A stretch of 42,152 bases of DNA, from contig NW_025214490.1 in NCBI RefSeq assembly GCF_004010195.1, positions 2,597 through 44,748 of the forward strand. The letters are read 5' to 3'. The stretch comes from Chiloscyllium plagiosum (Eukaryota). The position numbers and the translations under genes are program-made. The notes beneath the pieces are model-generated. The model saw only the letters and a list, made by a program, of their open reading frames with translations. It searched no databases and was not told where the DNA came from. This document shows, in pieces, positions 36,577 to 42,152 of the stretch; position 1 is the stretch's first letter, and every line of letters begins with the position of its first letter.

Positions 36577-36642
36577 AATTTGATGCGCCCTATGATCCCA
36601 AAGCTGCTGGTCGCTATCCAGACCCTCATTCAGCACAATCAG
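36577..36642 (+). CDS. IPO4: Importin-4, exon 7
   Basis: tgcag|AAT...CAG|gtaagg. NLMRPMIPKLLVAIQTLIQHNQ. Confidence 0.92.
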
Positions 36643-36699
36643 GTAAGGGACTCGGCAGCACAGGGCGCTACAGATTGTTCCCTCGTGACGCTGCCAGGG

Positions 36700-37280
36700 G
36701 ATCAGTGGGATGGCGATAAGACCTGTCGCGGAAAGTGTGAAGTGATTCGTTTCGGTACGGATAGTGTCGAGACAGTGTCACACCGCATGTGCAGCTCGAG
36801 GGAGCTGGGTGTGTGTGTGTCGTTAAGTCAGGGAAGGTGGCAGGACAGGATGAGAGCGCAATTAGTAATGTGTACAAGAACGGCGAGGTGATGTTGACTT
36901 TGTGTCACGCACTGGTGGAGGAGTGTGTGCCCAGTCCTGGGCCCCCCCCCCCGTGCTTTCCGAAAGTGGTGGAGAGAGAGCGCATAAAAGGTGACTGGGA
37001 ATGGCTGGGGGATGAGGGTCTTCAGCGGCTTGGATAGGTCGGAGGAGCCGGGAAGGGGTCTGGACAGAGGAGAGAGGGAGAAGCCATTCCCGTTGGCAGG
37101 ACGGTCAGGAATTGACGGGGCACAGATCACGCAGTGAGCGGTCAGGACCTGGCGTACGCTACCCGAGGGCACGGTGGAGGCAGGCTCGGTCGAGGCGTTC
37201 GAGAGGAAATTGGATCAGTATCTGAGAAGCAAGGGGTTCTGGGGAGATGGCAGAGCTGGGTGACCTCCTTCTGTGCCAAT
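36700..37280 (+). mobile_element. Decayed CR1 fragments
   Basis: GKCEVIRFG motif and a CR1-like 3' end (gcgttcgagaggaaattggatcagtatctg). Confidence 0.55.
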
Positions 37281-37536
37281 CGCTGAGCTGCGATTGGGGG
37301 GGGATGGTGGGGAGGGGGTTGGTGCTTTTTAAGCCAAGCCAGTTCGATTTAATATCGGTTATTATTTATCAGCAAGGCAGCTATTGGTTTCCCAGCCCCA
37401 GTTGGTGGTGGTGGAAGACTGGGTGAAGAGTTGGCCAGAAGGCAGTGAGTAATATTTGGATGACGGACCGTACTCGTGACTGCTGTTGCGCCGTGTGGTA
37501 AACCGGACTCCTCTTCCTCTTCCTTCTCCCTGTCAG

Positions 37537-37638
37537 GATCAAGCCAGCGAGGCGATGGAAGTTTTCGATGAACTGATGGAGAGTGAAGTGTCGATCATTG
37601 TGCCGTACCTGTCTCAGATTGTCCACTTCTGCCTGGAG
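37537..37638 (+). CDS. IPO4: Importin-4, exon 8
   Basis: gtcag|GAT...GAG|gtcagt. DQASEAMEVFDELMESEVSIIVPYLSQIVHFCLE. Confidence 0.94.
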
Positions 37639-37892
37639 GTCAGTCCAGCGATCCTGCTGTGCCAGTGGCTGTGAACGTGTCCTCCCTCCTTCCACTCCTT
37701 CCCATCCCCCTTTTGCTCTTTCCCTCTGGGTTCAGTCACGGTGAGATGAGGTGGGGCTGCTTTCAGCCTTCCAGGTGAGTCGGCTTTGAATGTTGAGACA
37801 TAAGTGGTCTCCTCAGCCTGAGCTACACCTTTTAGCAGACTGATGCATGCTTTAGTTAGAATCGAGACCTGTGCTGTACCATTCCTCTGACT

Positions 37893-39195
37893 GTACAGAG
37901 GGAGCTTCACTCTGTATCTAACCCCGTGCTGTTGCTGTCCCTGTCCCTGGGATGGGGGGGACTGTGTAGAGGGAGCTTTACTCTGTATCTAACCCCGTGC
38001 TGTTGCTGTCCCTGTCCCTGGGATGGGGGGGACTGTGTAGAGGGAGCTTTACTCTATATCTAACCCCGTGCTGTTGCTGTCCCTGTCCTTGGGATGGGGG
38101 GGACTGTGTAGAGGGAGCTTTACTCTGTATCTAATCCCATGCTGTTGCTGTCCCTGTCCCTGGGATGGGGGGGACTGTGTAGAGGGAGCTTTACTCTATA
38201 TCTAACCCCGTGCTGTTGCTGTCCCTGTCCCTGGGATGGGGGGGACTGTGTAGAGGGAGCTTTACTCTATATCTAACCCCGTGCTGTTGCTGTCCCTGTC
38301 CCTGGGATGGGGGGGACTGTGTAGAGGGAGCTTTACTCTATATCTAACCCCGTGCTGTTGCTGTCCCTGTCCCTGGGATGGGGGGGACTGTGTAGAGGGA
38401 GCTTTACTCTATATCTAACCCCGTGCTGTTGCTGTCCCTGTCCCTGGGATGGGGGGGACTGTGTAGAGGGAGCTTTACTCTATATCTAACCCCGTGCTGT
38501 TGCTGTCCCTGTCCCTGGGATGGGGGGGACTGTGTAGAGGGAGCTTTACTCTGTATCTAACCCCGTGCTGTTGCTGTCCCTGTCCCTGGGATGGGGGGGA
38601 CTGTGTAGAGGGAGCTTTACTCTGTATCTAACCCCGTGCTGTTGCTGTCCCTGTCCCTGGGATGGGGGGGACTGTGTAGAGGGAGCTTTACTCTGTATCT
38701 AACCCCGTGCTGTTGCTGTCCCTGTCCCTGGGATGGGGGGGACTGTGTAGAGGGAGCTTTACTCTGTTCTCTGTATCTAACCCCATGATGTCCCTGGGAT
38801 TGGTGGGGGGGGGGGGGGGGAGACAGTGTAGAGGGAGCTTTACTCTGTATTTAACCCCGTGCTGTCCCTGTCCCTAGGATGGGGCTCGATGTAGAGGGAG
38901 CTTTACTCTGTATCTAACCCCATGCTGTCTCTTGGATTGAGGGGGAGGGGTGCAGTGTAGAGGAAGCTTATCTCTGTATTTAGCCCCATGCTGTACCTGG
39001 GTCTGGGGGATACTGGAGGAAGCTTTATTCTGTATCTAACCCCATGCTGTCCCTGTCCCTGGGATGGGGGGACAGTGTAGAGGGAGCTTTACTCTGTATC
39101 TAACCTGGTGCTGGCCCTGTCCCTGGGATGGGGGGGACAGTGTAGAGGGATCTTTACTCTGTACCTAACCTGGTGCTGTCCCTGTCCCTGGGAGA
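37893..39195. repeat. 71-bp minisatellite (same family as 30720-32160), degenerate 3' end
   Basis: Unit gtgtagagggagctttactct(g/a)tatctaaccccgtgctgttgctgtccctgtccctgggatgggggggact. Confidence 0.92.
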
Positions 39196-39979
39196 GTTTG
39201 ACAAAATGTCATTAGATGCAACACCATGATGATCATTGAATTCTGCCCTCAGAAAGGTCCCAATTTACTTCATCTTGGGATGTCGCCAAATGCTTTACAT
39301 TGTGAAAGTTGGTGATTTGATGGGTCCTCATTGCTATAGCGTAGTAAATCTATGAACTAAATTACACACCGCAAGGTCTGAAAAGCAGCAATGTGTCCCT
39401 AACGTCGATTCAGGGGTAAGGTTTGGACCCTGGGGAGGGCCCTCTGTTCCGGTCGAAGTAACATCTTTTATGTCCGTCTGAAAGGACAGGCAGTACCTGA
39501 TCCGAAACCTTAAAGGGACTGTCAATGGAGTGCAGTGTGAACCCGCAGCCTTCTGATTCAGAGGCCAGACAGCAGAGCTCTGTCCTCCGTCCATCTCTGC
39601 CCGACAGAAACAGGCAGTTTACAATCCCCTGGCAGCATCTCACAAGGCCCTGAATACTGGCCTAATGCAGCTTCGCCTGTTCCGGCCTCCTGTTAATGTG
39701 AATTGATCGATGTTTGGAGCTATAGTTCGTCATGGAATGTCAAGCTTGTCGCCTGCAGACCCAAGCTCCTGATGAAACAGTGGAACGTCCTGAGTGCCTG
39801 CAGAAATGTTACACTCTGAGGGCGATAAATAAGGAAACTGAAGTTACATTGGTTCACGCATCTGGAGGTGGACACAGCAGCATTCAGGCACATGCTTGTC
39901 CAGCACAAAGATCCTCCAGGTGATTCAACTAAAGGATTCCACTTTGGCTTTAACTGAAGGAAAAACTGAGCTAAATCAT

Positions 39980-40582
39980 CGTATCCCTACAGTGAGGAAA
40001 CAGGCCATTTGGCCCAACGAGTCCACACCTACCCTCAGAGTATCCCACTCAAACCCTACCCTCTTACTCTACGTTTTACCCCTGACTAAAACACCTAACC
40101 TGCACATCCCTGGGCAAATGGGTAATTTAGCACGGCCAATCCGCCCTAAACTTCACATCCCTGGGCACTCTGGGTAATTTAGCACGGCCAATCCACCCTA
40201 ACCTGCACATCCCTGGGCACTATGGGTAATTTAGCACGGCCAATCCACCCTGACCTGCACATCCCTGGGCACTACGGGTAATTTAGCATGGCCAATCCAC
40301 CCTAACCAACACATCCCTGGGCAGTATGGGTAATTTAGCACGGCCAATCCACCCTGACCTGCACATCCCTGGACACTATGGGTAATTTAGCACGGCAAAT
40401 CCACTCTAACCTGCACACCTTTGGACTGCGGGAGGAAACCGGAGCACCCGGAGGAAACCCACACAGACACAAGGGGAAGAATGTGCAAACTCCACACTGC
40501 CAGTTGCCCTGAGCCTGGAATCGAACCCGGGTCCCGGGTCACTATGAGGCAGCAGTGCTAACCACTGAGCCACCGTGCCGCC
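39980..40582 (-). mobile_element. HE1-like V-SINE with 52-bp tandem expansion (~6 copies)
   Basis: Same structure as 415-1576; head at 40510-40582. Confidence 0.85.
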
Positions 40583-40599
40583 CATTAAATGATTCGGCC

Positions 40600-40672
40600 C
40601 TCACTGCTGGGGAATTGAACCCCGATCTCCTGCATGACAGGCGGGGATACTGACCATTAAAACTACCAAGGA
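40600..40672 (-). pseudogene. tRNA-Asp(GTC)-derived pseudogene
   Basis: Minus strand TCCTTGGTAGTTTTAATGGTCAGTATCCCCGCCTGTCATGCAGGAGATCGGGGTTCAATTCCCCAGCAGTGAG aligns with vertebrate tRNA-Asp-GTC. It shows CpG-type decay and acceptor-stem mismatches. Confidence 0.8.
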
Positions 40673-40954
40673 GTTGGCAGGTCCCAGCAATGTGGTTACA
40701 ATGAGGTTACAACTTCAGATATCGGAGCAGTTTCCCCTTAAAGCTGCCAAAGTTTCTCCCTGACCTCCTGCAGCATGACACCCCACCACTGCCTGGGCCT
40801 TAAAGGCCTGGAATTCCCTCCCTGCCCATCATCGTTTCTGTCGTGATGACAGGGCTTGGCTGCTTCCTGCGTACCTCGGGATGTTGAAGGTGCTGTCTCG
40901 TGGCCTGCCCTTGCTGAGCTCATGAAGATGCTTCTCCTGTTGTTCCTGTTGTAG

Positions 40955-41038
40955 ATTGCAGCCAATGCCATCCTGGGGGACAACATCCGAGTCAAGGCCT
41001 TGTCTTGTGTGAGCTTCCTGATCAAGCTGAAAGGAAAG
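40955..41038 (+). CDS. IPO4: Importin-4, exon 9
   Basis: tgtag|ATT...AAG|gtgaga. IAANAILGDNIRVKALSCVSFLIKLKGK. Confidence 0.92.
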
Positions 41039-41682
41039 GTGAGAGGGGTTTGCATTGTTTAAAGCTGGCACCGGGAATTAGGCTGCAATTAAATCCAGGC
41101 TGGGTCGGCGAGTGAGGGGGGAGTGGGGGGGTGTCAGTCAGTGAGATAACGTTCAGAGTTGGCACAGACGTTGAGGGGTTTACCAGCTGGGTTCCGCAGA
41201 GAGCACTGCTGCCAGGTCTCTGCACCTCATGAGCCTGCCTTTGTGTGGTTGTCATCGGGGCAAGAAAGAAGCAAAGGTTTTACGCTGGAACGCTGTGGTG
41301 GACCTTATAGCACCAGCTAATGTCTTGGCTGTCGACGTTAGTCAGAGCTGTGATCAGCCTCTTTGGAAAGGGCTGATCTACCGAGGCGCTATTTCTGAAG
41401 CACTGTAGCGGGAGTGCATTAATCCAAGAGGCGCAGTGTTTACAGAATCATCTGTGTAGAATCGATCCTGCTGCTCGAATCCTCACCCTCACGTCCCTGA
41501 ACTGTGAAAATCTGTTCTCCCCCCCCCGCACCAAGGGTGGGGGGGGGAGGGGGGGGGGTAGTTTTTTGCAGTGCGGCCAGTATTACTCTAATGCAGGTTG
41601 TTTAGAGCACCCGTCTCCTGGTGGGAAGGTGAGTGCTGCGACCACCTAACCAGCCCGCTTGGCTTTCCTCTTGCTCCAACAG

Positions 41683-41844
41683 GCCATCATGAAACAGAAG
41701 CTGCTGCCCAGTATCCTGAACGTGCTGTACCCCATAATGTGTGCTCCCCCACCCGAGGGGGAAATGGATCCCGAAGATCTGGACCTGGAAGATGACATCG
41801 AGGAGGAGGTGGAGGCTCAGACTCCGAAACACTTCTCAGCACAG
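41683..41844 (+). CDS. IPO4: Importin-4, exon 10 (gene continues beyond window)
   Basis: aacag|GCC...CAG|gtacct. AIMKQKLLPSILNVLYPIMCAPPPEGEMDPEDLDLEDDIEEEVEAQTPKHFSAQ, with acidic loop and TPKHF motif. Confidence 0.93.
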
Positions 41845-42067
41845 GTACCTGGGAGGGAGGGAGTGTCGTCGCTGGGAGGCAAAGGTGCCTGAGGAGATCC
41901 GGCACCAAGAATACTTGGGTCAAAAGGTGGCCCAGCCAAGTCTTTAAAAATCCCACCTTCAGCCTAACCTTGTCATGTTCGTCGCAATTTCTGTTCTGTG
42001 TCTGAGTCTCACTCCAGATACCCTGATTCAAAGTTCAGGCCCAGTGCTGAGTGACTGTGCTTTTGGT

Positions 42068-42152
42068 GGGTCAGCACTCAGGGAGCACCATGCTGAGGGA
42101 GCGTGCACTGTCAGAGGGTCAGTGCTGAGGGAGCGGGCACTGTCTGAGGGTC
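42068..42152. repeat. Start of a ~32-bp minisatellite
   Basis: gggtcagtgctgagggagcg..cactgtc(a/t)ga recurs; truncated by the window end. Confidence 0.55.

Overview
Vertebrate genomic DNA, most likely a shark (inferred from HE1-type V-SINEs, abundant decayed CR1 LINEs and GC-rich minisatellites), with three N gaps (5249-5972, 7392-7920, 32647-32899). Two + strand genes are supported. (1) An immunoglobulin-light-chain-like gene whose V and J are already fused in one exon (11390-11743), with no recognisable RSS. It splices in phase to a single C1-set exon (20795-21138) that ends in a Cys-containing tail with no TM segment, with AATAAA at 21161. The 9,051-bp V-C intron is almost entirely a 40-bp tandem repeat. 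No leader exon could be placed with confidence. (2) Importin-4 (IPO4), nine coding exons (28678-41844) matching human exons 2-10 as I recall them; exon 1 was not found and the gene runs off the window. Between the genes are a 41-bp array in which almost every unit has a CTCF-like motif and a 299-bp higher-order GC-box array. Nearly all long ORFs in the track are tandem-repeat or N-gap artefacts. The best candidate for a new system is the pre-joined, non-rearranging VJ-C1 antigen-receptor-like gene next to IPO4.
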